From: Rubrobacter sp.
GTDB lineage: Bacteria; Actinomycetota; Rubrobacteria; Rubrobacterales; Rubrobacteraceae
DNA length: 38,367 nt
Direction: 5' to 3'
Assembly: GCA_016781705.1 (NCBI GenBank)
Contig: JADDPV010000073.1
Location: 1 to 38,367, forward strand
The first letter of the stretch is position 1, and the number at the start of each line of letters is the position of its first letter. Under the pieces are notes generated by a model. It made no database searches. It was not told where the DNA came from and worked only from the letters and a program-made list of their open reading frames with translations. A program made the translations under genes and the position numbers. This document shows positions 18,484 to 28,089 of this stretch, piece after piece.

Positions 18484-20646
18484 TCACTCCTTGAAAAGCC
18501 ACTCGACGTCGGCGCCGAGCAGGTCGCGTACTTCGCGGCGCAGCGGGCGGTGCTCGGGTTTACGCAGCGTCGGATCTTTGGCGACGAGCGCGAACGCCTC
18601 GCGGCGGGCCTCGACCAGTACCTCCACGTCCCGCAAGAGCTTCGCCACCTTGAGATCCGGCATCCCACTCTGGCGGCTTCCGAAGAGCGTCCCCTCACCG
18701 CGTATCGCCAGGTCCACCTCCGAGAGCTTGAAGCCGCTCTGGTGTTCGCACAACGCGTCGAGGCGCTTTCGCGAGTCCTCCGTCTTCGGGTCGCCGATGA
18801 GGAAGCATTTGGGGGGATGGAGGCCGCGGCAGACGCGGCCCCGGAGCTGGTGGAGTTGGGAGAGGCCGAAGCGTTCGGCGCCCTCGATCACGATCGCGCT
18901 CGCGTTCGGCACGTCCACCCCGACCTCGACGACCACGGTGGCGACGAGCACCTCGATCTCTCGGGCGCGAAAAGCCGCCATGACCTCGCGCTTCTCGGCG
19001 GGCTTCATGCGACCGTGCAGGAGGCCGACGCGTCGCTCCGGGAAGACCTTCGCCTCCAACTCCTCGTGCAGCTCCTCGGCGGCGCGCACGTCCTCCAGGG
19101 CCTCCGATTCCTCGACGAGCGGGCAGATCACGTACGCTTGCCGCCCCGCCTCCAGCTCCCTCCGCATCGCCTCATACGCCCCCTCGCGCTCCGGTATCTC
19201 GACGAGGCTTGTCTCTACCGGCTTTCGGCCCGGCGGCAGCTCGTCGAGCAAGGAGACCTCCAGGTCGCCGTAGAGCGTGAGCGAGAGGGTCCGCGGGATC
19301 GGGGTCGCGGTCATCACCAACGTGTCGGGCGTCGCGCCTTTCTCCTTGAAGACCGTCCGTTGCCCCACACCGAAGCGGTGCTGCTCGTCCACGACGACGA
19401 GCGAGAGGTCCCGGAACTCGACACCCTTCTGTATGAGCGCGTGCGTCCCGACGACGACGTGCGCCTCGCCGCTCCTCACGGCTGCGAGTGCGGCCTTGCG
19501 CTCGTAGACGCCCTGCGAGCCGGTGAGGGAGACAACGTTCACGGGCAGGTGCGCGAGGGCGTTGGAGATGGAGATGAAATGCTGCTCGGCAAGGACCTCT
19601 GTGGGGGCCATGATCGCGCCCTGCCCACCCGCCTCGACCGCCGTCAAGAGAGCCGCGATCGCGACGACGGTCTTGCCGCTGCCCACGTCGCCCTGGAGCA
19701 ACCGACGCATCGGCTTCTCGGATCGCATGTCCTCCAAAGCCTCCCCGATGACGCGCTCCTGCGCCCCGGTGAGCCCGAAGGGAAGGCCCTTCAAGAACGG
19801 GTTGAGGAGCGTGCCGTCGCCCTCGTGGGCGCGTCCGCTTTCGGTCTTTTCGAGGCGCGCCTTGCGGGCGGCGAGGCCGGTCTGGAGGATGAGCAGCTCG
19901 TGGAAGACGAGTCGGCGCATGGCCGATTCGAGGCTCTCCCGGTCGGTCGGGAAGTGGACCTCGTGCACGGCATCGTGCAGGTTGGGGAGGCCGTGGGCGG
20001 CGAGCATCCGGGCGGGCAGGGGGTCGAGGATGCGCCCGGCCTCGGCGAGGGCGCGGTGGACCAGGGCGCGTATCCTCCTCGCGGTGATCCCCTTGTTCGC
20101 CGGATACACCGGCACGAACCTCCCGGCATGCGCCGATTCCTCCAGGGAGCCCGGATCGTCCACGACCTCGATGCTCTTTACCGCGAGCTGGAGGCCGTAC
20201 CTGCGCTGCACCTCGCCCGAGACGACGACCCACACGTCCGGGACGAGCTGGTTCAGGAGCCAGCCGCGGCCCCATACGGTCGCCGGCATGTAACCCGTCC
20301 CGTCGTAGAGCTGGATGGAGAGCCCCCGTGACCGGCCTCCGGCGGGGTTCCCGATCCGCTTCGCGCCCACGACGCGAGCGACGACCGTCGCCCTCTCCCC
20401 CACGCGCAGGTCGGAGACGTTCTTCACGTTGGAGAGGTCCTCGTGTCGAGCGGGGTAGTGCGAGACGAGGTCCGCGAGAGAGGTCACGCCGAGGTCCTTC
20501 AGGGCCGTCTCGATCCTCGGCCCGACCCCCGGCACCCCGGTTACGGGCCGCGCCCGCAGGTCCGGCAGCGTGGTCCGAGGAGGCAGGCCCGAGAGGGTGC
20601 GGCCCGCCGGGACGCCCGCTCTCTCCTTAGAGGAAGGCCACGCCAT
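18484..20646 (-). CDS. recG: ATP-dependent DNA helicase RecG
   Basis: RLLQGDVGSGKT, DEQHRFG, MTATPIPRTL, QLHQLRGRV; start approximate (overlaps degV by 20 nt). Confidence 0.97.
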   Translation of the reverse strand: MAWPSSKERAGVPAGRTLSGLPPRTTLPDLRARPVTGVPGVGPRIETALKDLGVTSLADLVSHYPARHEDLSNVKNVSDLRVGERATVVARVVGAKRIGNPAGGRSRGLSIQLYDGTGYMPATVWGRGWLLNQLVPDVWVVVSGEVQRRYGLQLAVKSIEVVDDPGSLEESAHAGRFVPVYPANKGITARRIRALVHRALAEAGRILDPLPARMLAAHGLPNLHDAVHEVHFPTDRESLESAMRRLVFHELLILQTGLAARKARLEKTESGRAHEGDGTLLNPFLKGLPFGLTGAQERVIGEALEDMRSEKPMRRLLQGDVGSGKTVVAIAALLTAVEAGGQGAIMAPTEVLAEQHFISISNALAHLPVNVVSLTGSQGVYERKAALAAVRSGEAHVVVGTHALIQKGVEFRDLSLVVVDEQHRFGVGQRTVFKEKGATPDTLVMTATPIPRTLSLTLYGDLEVSLLDELPPGRKPVETSLVEIPEREGAYEAMRRELEAGRQAYVICPLVEESEALEDVRAAEELHEELEAKVFPERRVGLLHGRMKPAEKREVMAAFRAREIEVLVATVVVEVGVDVPNASAIVIEGAERFGLSQLHQLRGRVCRGLHPPKCFLIGDPKTEDSRKRLDALCEHQSGFKLSEVDLAIRGEGTLFGSRQSGMPDLKVAKLLRDVEVLVEARREAFALVAKDPTLRKPEHRPLRREVRDLLGADVEWLFKE

Positions 20647-21445
20647 AGGCCCCGGGACCTACGTGGGACCCGACGACCCCCCCGATCTCGGCGACGAATC
20701 GCCCCTTGACGCCCAGGGCAGCCCGCAGCTCGGAGAGCGGTTCGCGGGCGTTGACGTGCCCATAGGCGAGCGTTCTGCCCGATTGCACGGCGGGCTTCAC
20801 CTCCTCCAGAATAGCCGCCATCTGGCGCCTGCGACCGCGGGTCCGCTTGTGCGGCACGACCTCGCCGTCCTTGAGGGCCAACACGGGCCGCACGTCGAGG
20901 GCGGTGCCGAGCAGGCGCTGAGCCCGGCCGATGCGCCCGCTCTTCTGCAGGTACTCCAAAGTGCCGACGGCAAACAATACGTTGCAGCGCCGGATCGCCG
21001 CCTCGGCGGCTTGCTTTACCTCCGCGAAGGAGCCACCCTCGTCCACGACCCGCAGGGCTTCCAGCAGGATCAGGCCTGACCCCATCTCCGCGCTCTTGGT
21101 GTCCACGACCTCTACCGCGGGCCGCTCGACCATCCCCGCCGCCTGCCGCGCCGAGTCGTAGGTGCCGCTGACCTTCCTGGAGAGCGTCAGCACCAGCACG
21201 TCGTCGTAGGCGGCGAGCGATTCGTACGCCTCGACGAACGCCCCGGCCGAAGGCTGAGACGTGGTCGGGAAACGGGATGCTTGGGCGAGCTTCTCGTAAA
21301 AGCGGGCGTTAGAGAGGTCTATCTTGTCGCGGTAGCTCTCGTCGGGGCCGAAGGAGAACGTCAGCGGGACCACCCGGACGTCGGGCCTGTCCGCCACCCC
21401 TTCGGGGAGGCTCGTCGTCGAGTCCGTGACTATCGCGGTCGTCAT
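20627..21445 (-). CDS. DegV family fatty-acid-binding protein (FakB-like)
   Basis: IVTDST, PTTSQPS, SGTY, YLQKSGRIG, HVGPG. Confidence 0.95.
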   Translation of the reverse strand: MTTAIVTDSTTSLPEGVADRPDVRVVPLTFSFGPDESYRDKIDLSNARFYEKLAQASRFPTTSQPSAGAFVEAYESLAAYDDVLVLTLSRKVSGTYDSARQAAGMVERPAVEVVDTKSAEMGSGLILLEALRVVDEGGSFAEVKQAAEAAIRRCNVLFAVGTLEYLQKSGRIGRAQRLLGTALDVRPVLALKDGEVVPHKRTRGRRRQMAAILEEVKPAVQSGRTLAYGHVNAREPLSELRAALGVKGRFVAEIGGVVGSHVGPGAYGVAFL

Positions 21446-21449
21446 CGCG

Positions 21450-23138
21450 CTACTCGGCTACCATCTGCAAGGGGTACAACGGCTGCCCACCGTCCCTCAC
21501 CTCGACCTCTATGTCCTCGCCGAGGAGCTTTATCCTCCCCGCGACCTTCTGCGCGCTCGTCTCGTCCATCCCGTAGCCCCTAAGCAGCGTCACGACATCG
21601 TACTCGTCCGCCTCCAGCATCTTCTCGACGAGCCGCAGCGCCGCGCCCTCCACGCCCTCCTCCACCGCGACCAACTCCCCGTCCAGGAAACCGACGTACT
21701 CGCCCTCGCGCACCTCGCGCCCCTCGACGCGGGCGTCGCGCACGGCGCGGGTCACCTCCGCGCACCGCAAGCCCGAGACGATCTCACGCATCTCCCCGGC
21801 GACCTCACCAGGGTCCCCCTCCTCGTCGAAGCCGACCATCGCCGCGAGGCCCCCCGCGATGCTGGTCGTCGGGACCACGTGTATCTCGACGCCCTCGACG
21901 AGATCTCGGACCCGCTCCGCGGTCGCGACCACGTTCTTGTTGTTCGGGAGCAGGACGACGTCTTGCGCCCCCGTCTCCTGGACGGCCCGCGCCAGCTCCG
22001 CCGCGCTCGGGTTCGCGCTTTGCCCCCCCTCGACGACCTTCGCGCCCATGCTCTCGAAGAGCGCGCGGTTGCCTTCGCCCCGGCTCGCCGCCACGACGCC
22101 TAGCAGGTCCGAGGTAGGAGCAGCACCCGGTGTGGCCTCGCCCTCGGCCCCGCCTGCACCGCCGGCCCTCGCTCTGGTCTGGGCTTCCATGTCGTCCACC
22201 TTCACGCCGGAGAGCCGGCCGAAGCCACCAGCGTAGGAGAGCGCCTCGCCCGGATCCTGGGTGTGCAGGTGCACTTTGACGAGGTCGTCGTCCGGGATGA
22301 CCAGGACGCTTTTGCCCAAAGCGTGGATGCGTGCCCCGAACTCGTCCTCATCCCCGGAGAAGCCGTTGACCATGAACTCCGTGCAGTAGCCCCACGCCTC
22401 CTCGGCGGAGTGCTCGACCATGCTCCTGAGGCGCGTCTCGTCGGGCGCGGTCTCCTGGGGGCTCGCAGGAGCGGGTTCCTCGCCGCTCAGGACCGCCCGC
22501 AGGGCGTCCAGGATCACGGCCACCACCAGGCCCCCGGCGTCCACGACCCCGGCCTCCCGCAACACGCCCAGGAGCTCCGGGGTACGCCGCACCGAGGCGT
22601 GCGCTTCGCTCGCGGCGATCCGCAGCACCTCCAGGGGGCTCTCTTCGCCCCGCTCGACGGCCTCGCGGGCGGCGGAAGCGGCGTCCTTCACGACCGAGAG
22701 CATCGTCCCCTCGACGGGCTCGCGCACGGCGGAGTACGCCCGCTCCTGTGCCCCGGCGAGCGCCGCCGCGAGCGTCGCCGCATCCAGCGCACGCGCATCT
22801 TCCAGCACCTCGCAGGCGCCGCGCACGATCTGCGAGAGGATCACACCGGAGTTACCCCGCGCGCCCATGAGCGCCGCCCGCGAGACAGCCTTCGCCGCCG
22901 CCCCGCCCGAGAGCCCGGTAGCGCGCATAACCTCCTCCGAAACAGACCGGAGGGTCAACAGCATGTTCGTGCCCGTGTCCCCGTCCGGGACCGGGTAAAC
23001 GTTCAGGGCGTCTATCTTCTCCGCCTGTTTCCCGAATGCCGCGTGGACGGCCGCGACGACCGCTCCGAGGTCCGTCCTCTTCGTGCCATCTCCGGCGTCC
23101 GCCCCGGCCTCTTCTCGCTTTTCGACCGTGTTCTCCAT
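21450..23138 (-). CDS. DAK2-domain fatty acid kinase subunit (FakA-like)
   Basis: LNVYPVPDGDTGTNM, GARGNSGVILSQ, EGTMLSV, VVDAGG, YCTEF, LPNNKN, GGQPLY. Confidence 0.95.
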   Translation of the reverse strand: MENTVEKREEAGADAGDGTKRTDLGAVVAAVHAAFGKQAEKIDALNVYPVPDGDTGTNMLLTLRSVSEEVMRATGLSGGAAAKAVSRAALMGARGNSGVILSQIVRGACEVLEDARALDAATLAAALAGAQERAYSAVREPVEGTMLSVVKDAASAAREAVERGEESPLEVLRIAASEAHASVRRTPELLGVLREAGVVDAGGLVVAVILDALRAVLSGEEPAPASPQETAPDETRLRSMVEHSAEEAWGYCTEFMVNGFSGDEDEFGARIHALGKSVLVIPDDDLVKVHLHTQDPGEALSYAGGFGRLSGVKVDDMEAQTRARAGGAGGAEGEATPGAAPTSDLLGVVAASRGEGNRALFESMGAKVVEGGQSANPSAAELARAVQETGAQDVVLLPNNKNVVATAERVRDLVEGVEIHVVPTTSIAGGLAAMVGFDEEGDPGEVAGEMREIVSGLRCAEVTRAVRDARVEGREVREGEYVGFLDGELVAVEEGVEGAALRLVEKMLEADEYDVVTLLRGYGMDETSAQKVAGRIKLLGEDIEVEVRDGGQPLYPLQMVAE

Positions 23139-23219
23139 CGCCCTTTCCGTACCTCTCTGGCAGGCGTCGTCACGCCGCCGGAGGTCAGCCGTGCCTCTGT
23201 CTGTGTCTCAGGAGGATGT

Positions 23220-23229
23220 AGTGTACAAT
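23220..23229. promoter_or_regulatory. Overlapping divergent -10 elements for fakA and rpmB
   Basis: AGTGTACAAT reads TACAAT on + (23224-23229) and TACACT on - (23220-23225). Confidence 0.5.
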
Positions 23230-23319
23230 CTCCGCCCGTGGTCTGGGTGGTGCGCGTTTCGTGACCGTCCCCGGACGACCACCGCGTATCGGCCAGTATC
23301 CTAGCACAGGAGAATTCTC

Positions 23320-23541
23320 GTGGCGAAAGTCTGTTATTCCTGCGGAAAGCACCCCAGCTTCGGCAACGCGCGCAGCCACTCCTTGCGCGCGACGCGGCGC
23401 CGCTGGAACCCGAACCTGCAGAGGATCCGGATCCAGGAAGGCCCTGCTACTAAGCGCGTCCACGTCTGCGCCTCGTGCCTGAAGGCGTTCAAGGTCCAGA
23501 AGGCCGCCCTGCGCGTTCGTCGCCCCGCCGAGACCGTTTAG
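23320..23541 (+). CDS. rpmB: 50S ribosomal protein L28 (Zn-ribbon form)
   Basis: C..CGK.P.FGN.RSHS...[10 protein letters not shown]...VCASCLK; AGGAG SD. Confidence 0.98.
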   Translation: MAKVCYSCGKHPSFGNARSHSLRATRRRWNPNLQRIRIQEGPATKRVHVCASCLKAFKVQKAALRVRRPAETV

Positions 23542-23560
23542 CCTCTAAAACCTCCCCAAC

Positions 23561-24088
23561 CTAGGGGACCTGTGACGCGCCTCGCGTGGCTTCGCGCGGG
23601 GCACTTTCGTCCAGCCGCTGCATGAGCGAGGCCATCTCGATGGCGTTCGCCGCGGCCTCGAAGCCCTTGTTGCCGGATTTCGTCCCGGCGCGCTCGATGG
23701 CCTGCTCGATGTTTTCCGTGGTGATGACGCCGAAGATCACGGGCAGGTCCGCCTCCAGGGCGGCGGAGGAGATGCCGCTCGCCGCCCCGCCCGCCACGTA
23801 GTCGAAGTGCGCGGTCGCGCCCCTGATGACCGCGCCCAGGCACACGACCGCGTCGTAGCGGCCCGAGAGCGCGAGCCTCCTGGCGACGAGCGGTATCTCG
23901 TAGGAGCCGGGCACCCACACCACGTCCACGCCGCCGAGGTCGCCCCCGTGACGCTCTATGGCGTCTAGAGCCCCGTCGAGCAGCGACTTGACTATGAAGT
24001 CGTTGAAGCGCGAGGCGACGATGCCGAAACGGAATCCGGCGGCGGTGAGGTAGCCCTCGACGACGTTGGGGCCGCTTCCGCTCTGCAC
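23561..24088 (-). CDS. ribH: 6,7-dimethyl-8-ribityllumazine synthase
   Basis: [41 protein letters not shown]. Confidence 0.98.
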   Translation of the reverse strand: MQSGSGPNVVEGYLTAAGFRFGIVASRFNDFIVKSLLDGALDAIERHGGDLGGVDVVWVPGSYEIPLVARRLALSGRYDAVVCLGAVIRGATAHFDYVAGGAASGISSAALEADLPVIFGVITTENIEQAIERAGTKSGNKGFEAAANAIEMASLMQRLDESAPREATRGASQVP

Positions 24089-24092
24089 GGTC

Positions 24093-25304
24093 CTAGGCCC
24101 CCTGATACTTCTCGAAGACGTGGTTGAGCTTCTCGTGTTTCGTCTGGAGGTAGCGCCTGTTGTGGCCGTTGGGCTCCACCTCCAGCGGTATCCGCTCGGA
24201 GATCTCCAACCCGAAGCCTTGCAGCCCGACGACCTTCGTCAGGTTGTTGGTCATGAAGCGGATGCGCGTGAGGCCGAGGTCTTTGAGGATCTGGGCGCCG
24301 ATGCCGTAGTCCCTCAAGTCCGGGGCGAAGCCCAGGCGCCGGTTGGCCTCCACCGTATCGAGCCCCCCGTCCTGCAGGTGGTAGGCCTTCATCTTGTTGA
24401 GGAGCCCGATCCCGCGCCCCTCTTGCTGCATGTAGACGAGGACTCCCTCGCCCTCCTCGGCGATGCGGGCGAGAGCCTTATCCAGCTGCGCCCCGCAGTC
24501 ACAGCGCAAGGAATGCAGGGCGTCGCCGGTCAGGCACGCCGAGTGTACGCGCACGAGCACGTCGCTCTTGCCCTCGGGCTCGCCCATCACCATCGCCAGG
24601 TGCGTCAGCTCGTCCACCTCATTCTCGTAGGCCCTGAGGCGAAACTCCCCGAACTTCGTGGGCAGGCGCGTCTCGACGGCGAATTCCACGTGCCGCTCGT
24701 AGCGACGGCGGTACTCGATAATCTGGGCGACCGTCACCATCTTGATGCCGTGCTCGCGCGAGAACTCCTCCAGGTCCGGCACCCGCGCCATCGTGCCGTC
24801 CGGTTTCATGATCTCGCAGATCACACCCGCGGGCTTGAGGCCCGCCAGCCTCGCGAGGTCCACCGCCGCCTCCGTCTGCCCGGCGCGCTGCAAAACGCCG
24901 CCGGGGCGGGCGCGCAAGGGGAAGACGTGGCCCGGCATCGACAGGTCGTCCGGGCCGGTGGCGTCGTCCGCGGCGACCCGGCAGGTGTGGGCCCGGTCGG
25001 CGGCAGAGATGCCGGTAGTGATGCCGTTCTTAGCCTCGATGGTGGCGGTAAAGGCGGTACCCATCCGGCTCGAGTTGTGCTGGACCATCTGCGGGACCTC
25101 CAACCGGTCCAGGATCTCCCCCGCCATCGGCAGGCAGATGAGCCCCCGGCCGTGCACGGCCATGAAGTTGATATCGTCGGCCGTCACCAGCTCGGCGGCC
25201 ATCGTCAGGTCGCCCTCGTTCTCCCGGTCCTCGTCGTCGCAGACGATCACCATCTTGCCGTTCTTGATGTCCTCTATCACCTCGTCTATCGGGCTAAACG
25301 GCAT
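24093..25304 (-). CDS. ribBA: Bifunctional DHBP synthase / GTP cyclohydrolase II
   Basis: [29 protein letters not shown]...[22 protein letters not shown]; start re-placed at ATG 25304. Confidence 0.98.
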   Translation of the reverse strand: MPFSPIDEVIEDIKNGKMVIVCDDEDRENEGDLTMAAELVTADDINFMAVHGRGLICLPMAGEILDRLEVPQMVQHNSSRMGTAFTATIEAKNGITTGISAADRAHTCRVAADDATGPDDLSMPGHVFPLRARPGGVLQRAGQTEAAVDLARLAGLKPAGVICEIMKPDGTMARVPDLEEFSREHGIKMVTVAQIIEYRRRYERHVEFAVETRLPTKFGEFRLRAYENEVDELTHLAMVMGEPEGKSDVLVRVHSACLTGDALHSLRCDCGAQLDKALARIAEEGEGVLVYMQQEGRGIGLLNKMKAYHLQDGGLDTVEANRRLGFAPDLRDYGIGAQILKDLGLTRIRFMTNNLTKVVGLQGFGLEISERIPLEVEPNGHNRRYLQTKHEKLNHVFEKYQGA

Positions 25305-25950
25305 CTCCCACGCTCCTCTCAAAAGTTTGCGAACTGCTCTGCGAACTACTACTATTACTGTTCATATGCGGCCCCAAGAGCCGCTCCACGTACTTGGCTA
25401 TAACGTCCGCCTCCAGATTGACCCGGTCGCCGACCGAAAGACTTCGCAGGTTGGTCGCGCTCTTCGTCTGGGGCAGGATGGAAGCGGTGAACGAGCCGTC
25501 CTTCACGGCGACGACGGTGAGGCTGATCCCGTCAACGCACACGCTCCCTTTCTCGACCAGGTAGCGGATCACACCTTCGGGGGCGGAGAGCTCCCAAAGC
25601 TCCGCGTCGCCCTCGGGCATGACGTCCAACACCTCGCCAACCCCGTCCACGTGCCCCTGCACGATATGCCCGCCGAACCTGGCCTCCGCCTTCATCGCCC
25701 GCTCCAGGTTGACTAGGCTTCCTCCCGCCAACCCGCCGAGTGCGGTCCTCCTCAGCGTCTCCGGCATAGCGTAGAAGACCAGCGTGTCGCCTTCCTTCTC
25801 GTTTACCGTCAGGCACGCTCCGTTGACCGAGACGGAGTCCCCGACCCGCGTCCCGTCGGCGAGAGGCCCGGCCGCGACCTCCAGCCGCGCCATGCCGCCC
25901 TTCTCCAAAGAGAGCACGCGCCCCCTGCCCTCAACCAGCCCTGTGAACAC
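25294..25950 (-). CDS. ribE: Riboflavin synthase (alpha chain)
   Basis: MFTGLVE, GDSVSVNGACLTV, VNLERA, GGHIVQGHVDG, KGSV.VDGISLTV. Confidence 0.98.
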   Translation of the reverse strand: MFTGLVEGRGRVLSLEKGGMARLEVAAGPLADGTRVGDSVSVNGACLTVNEKEGDTLVFYAMPETLRRTALGGLAGGSLVNLERAMKAEARFGGHIVQGHVDGVGEVLDVMPEGDAELWELSAPEGVIRYLVEKGSVCVDGISLTVVAVKDGSFTASILPQTKSATNLRSLSVGDRVNLEADVIAKYVERLLGPHMNSNSSSSQSSSQTFERSVGDAV

Positions 25951-27058
25951 GGTCCTCCTCCCTCTCTGGTTTCGCCGGGTACAGCGTCAGGGCGACGTCC
26001 TCCCCGAACCTCTCGACGGACTCAACGCAGAAGCGAGGGGCCGTCTCGATGTCGGGAGAGCAGAGCGAGCCCATTAGCGGCACGCCCCCGACGCCTAACG
26101 CTCTGGGGGCATAGAACAGGGTCAGTTTGTCGGCGAGCTTCGCCCCGACAAACCGGCCCGCGGTCTCCCCGCCGCCCTCGACGAGGACGCCGCGTACTCC
26201 GCGCCCGCCGAGCTCCTCCAGGACGAAACCGAGGTCGAGTTCCCCCTCCGGCCCCGTCACGGGCGCTCGCACGACCTCGACGCCCCTCTCTCGCAGCCCC
26301 TTTGCCTTGCTCTCGTCGCCACTGTTGGCGGCGAATACGACGACCGGGTCCGAGTGGGCAGTCTGGACGAGTTGGCAGTCGGGTCGGAGGGTGAGGTTGG
26401 GGTCGAGGACTGTGCGGACGATGGGCGGGGGGTCTTCGGGGAGATCGCGCGCGGTGAGGAGCGGGTCGTCGGCGCGGGCGGTGCCGGCCCCGACGAGCAC
26501 GGCGCCGGCTTCGGCGCGTAGCTCGTGTACGCGCATTCGCGCTTGTTCGCCCGTGATCCGCTCGCTCCCCCGCGCGGCGATCTTGCCGTCCAGCGTCGTC
26601 GCGAGCTTGACGTGTACGAAGGGACGTCCGGTACGCATGAAGTGCGCGAACTGCTCGTTCTGCCGCTCGAAAGCATCGTCGCCGAGGACCTCCACTCCGA
26701 CGCCGGCCTCGCGCAAGAGAGCGATGCTCCGGCCACGCATCTTCTGGTTCGGGTCGAGGTGCCCGGCGACGACCCGTTCTATGCCGGCCCTCAAGATGGC
26801 GTCGGTGCAGGGTGGCGTCTTGCCCTGGTGGTTGCAGGGCTCGAGCGTCACGTACAGCGCGGCACCCCGCGCGGCTACGCCTGAGCTTTCGAGCGCGACC
26901 ACCTCCGCGTGCGGGCCACCGGCGCGCGCGTGCCAGCCCTCACCTACCACCTCGTCATCGCGTACCACGACCGCCCCGACCAGGGGGTTCGGCGCCGCCG
27001 TGTAGCGTCCATGCTCCGCGAGTTCGCGGGCGCGCTGCATGAACCCGTCCCGGACCAT
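25931..27058 (-). CDS. ribD: Bifunctional pyrimidine deaminase/reductase RibD
   Basis: PNPLVG, HAE, LEPC.H.GKTPPC, TLDGKIA, VEGG. Confidence 0.98.
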   Translation of the reverse strand: MVRDGFMQRARELAEHGRYTAAPNPLVGAVVVRDDEVVGEGWHARAGGPHAEVVALESSGVAARGAALYVTLEPCNHQGKTPPCTDAILRAGIERVVAGHLDPNQKMRGRSIALLREAGVGVEVLGDDAFERQNEQFAHFMRTGRPFVHVKLATTLDGKIAARGSERITGEQARMRVHELRAEAGAVLVGAGTARADDPLLTARDLPEDPPPIVRTVLDPNLTLRPDCQLVQTAHSDPVVVFAANSGDESKAKGLRERGVEVVRAPVTGPEGELDLGFVLEELGGRGVRGVLVEGGGETAGRFVGAKLADKLTLFYAPRALGVGGVPLMGSLCSPDIETAPRFCVESVERFGEDVALTLYPAKPEREEDRVHRAG

Positions 27059-27061
27059 ATA

Positions 27062-27246
27062 TTCCTTTCTCCCATCCGGGCTCTCACCGTCGGCGCCGGA
27101 CTACGGCTCGCCAGGTGTCGCTGGCTCGCGCCTTCACCGGCTCAACCTCCGGAGTATTTCCGGAGGTTCGCGGGCTGGCCGCCGGGGCTTATGCACCCCG
27201 CGGGTTTCACCGCCGGCGCGGGAATTTCACCCGCCCCCGAAAGTAA
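27062..27246 (-). ncRNA. FMN riboswitch (RFN element) upstream of ribD
   Basis: Minus strand CUUUCGGGGGCGGGUGAAAUUCCC..CCGGCGGU...AGCCCGCGA...GAGCCGGUGAA...UCCGGCGCCGACGGUGAGAGCCCGGAUGGGAGAAAG; the P1 3' strand overlaps the ribD SD (AAAGGA). Confidence 0.96.
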
Positions 27247-27332
27247 CTGCGGGAGAAGCTATACCATACGGGGAAGTCCCCAACAAGGAACGCGTCGTCG
27301 AGGGGCTCAGGAGGCAACTCACGTCTTCCCGG

Positions 27333-28013
27333 CTATGCCTGCCCGGCGGCGTGGCGGGCGGCGGCGACGATCTTGCGCATCTCGCTCTCCGGGTCGCCCT
27401 TGTAGACGGCAGAGCCCGCGACGAGGACCTGCGCCCCGGCCTCGGCCATGAGCGGGGCGGTCTTCTCGGAGATGCCGCCGTCCACCTGCACGGGCAGGTC
27501 GGTCATCTCCCTCACGCGGCGCACCTTGTCCGCCATCTCCGGGATGAAGCTCTGACCGCCGAAGCCCGGGTCCACGCTCATCACCAGGATGTAGTCCAGG
27601 TACGGCAACGCCCATTCGATAGCTTCGGGCGGCGTGGTCGGGTTCAGCGCGACGCCCGCCTCGCAGCCTCCTTCCCGGATCATGACGAGCAACCGGTGTA
27701 GGTGGGTGACGGTCTCCGGCTGAACGGAGATGCTGTTCACGCCGGCCTCGATGAAGGTCGGGACGAGGTTGTCCGGGTTCTCCACCATCAGGTGCGCGTC
27801 CACGGGGAGGTCCGTGGCTCGGACGAGCGAGGCGGCGACCACCGGCCCCACGGTCAGGTTGGGGACGAAGTGGTTGTCCATCGCGTCGAAGTGCACCAGC
27901 TCGGCCCCCCCGGACTTTGCCCGGCGGACCTCGTCGGCGAGGTGCGCGAAGTCGGCGGAGAGGATCGAGGGCGCCGCCACCACCCTGCCGTCCAGCGACC
28001 CAAAGAACCCCAA
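27333..28013 (-). CDS. rpe: Ribulose-phosphate 3-epimerase
   Basis: APSILSADF, HFDAMD.HFVPNLT.G, DAHLM, MSVDPGFGGQ, VDGG; GGAGGAGG before TTG. Confidence 0.98.
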   Translation of the reverse strand: MGFFGSLDGRVVAAPSILSADFAHLADEVRRAKSGGAELVHFDAMDNHFVPNLTVGPVVAASLVRATDLPVDAHLMVENPDNLVPTFIEAGVNSISVQPETVTHLHRLLVMIREGGCEAGVALNPTTPPEAIEWALPYLDYILVMSVDPGFGGQSFIPEMADKVRRVREMTDLPVQVDGGISEKTAPLMAEAGAQVLVAGSAVYKGDPESEMRKIVAAARHAAGQA

Positions 28014-28089
28014 AATCGTCCTCCTCCCTGACTATAAGATCGGCACAGCCCGCAGCGTGCCATTCTACAGAAGAACGGCCGGGGAGAAG

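Noticed and set aside
18390-18698. 102-aa ORF bridging recG and rsmD
   Set aside because: Mostly an alternative frame of the recG 3' end, with no recognisable features.
23287-23294. GCCGATAC upstream of fakA and GCCGATCT upstream of rpe (28037-28044) as sigma28 promoters
   Set aside because: No -35-like element at 15-16 nt spacing, and better housekeeping -10 elements are nearby.
27700-27740. Rpe SVQPE in place of the usual HxE
   Set aside because: The metal ligands (HxD, DxH, DGG) are intact, so function is probably unchanged.
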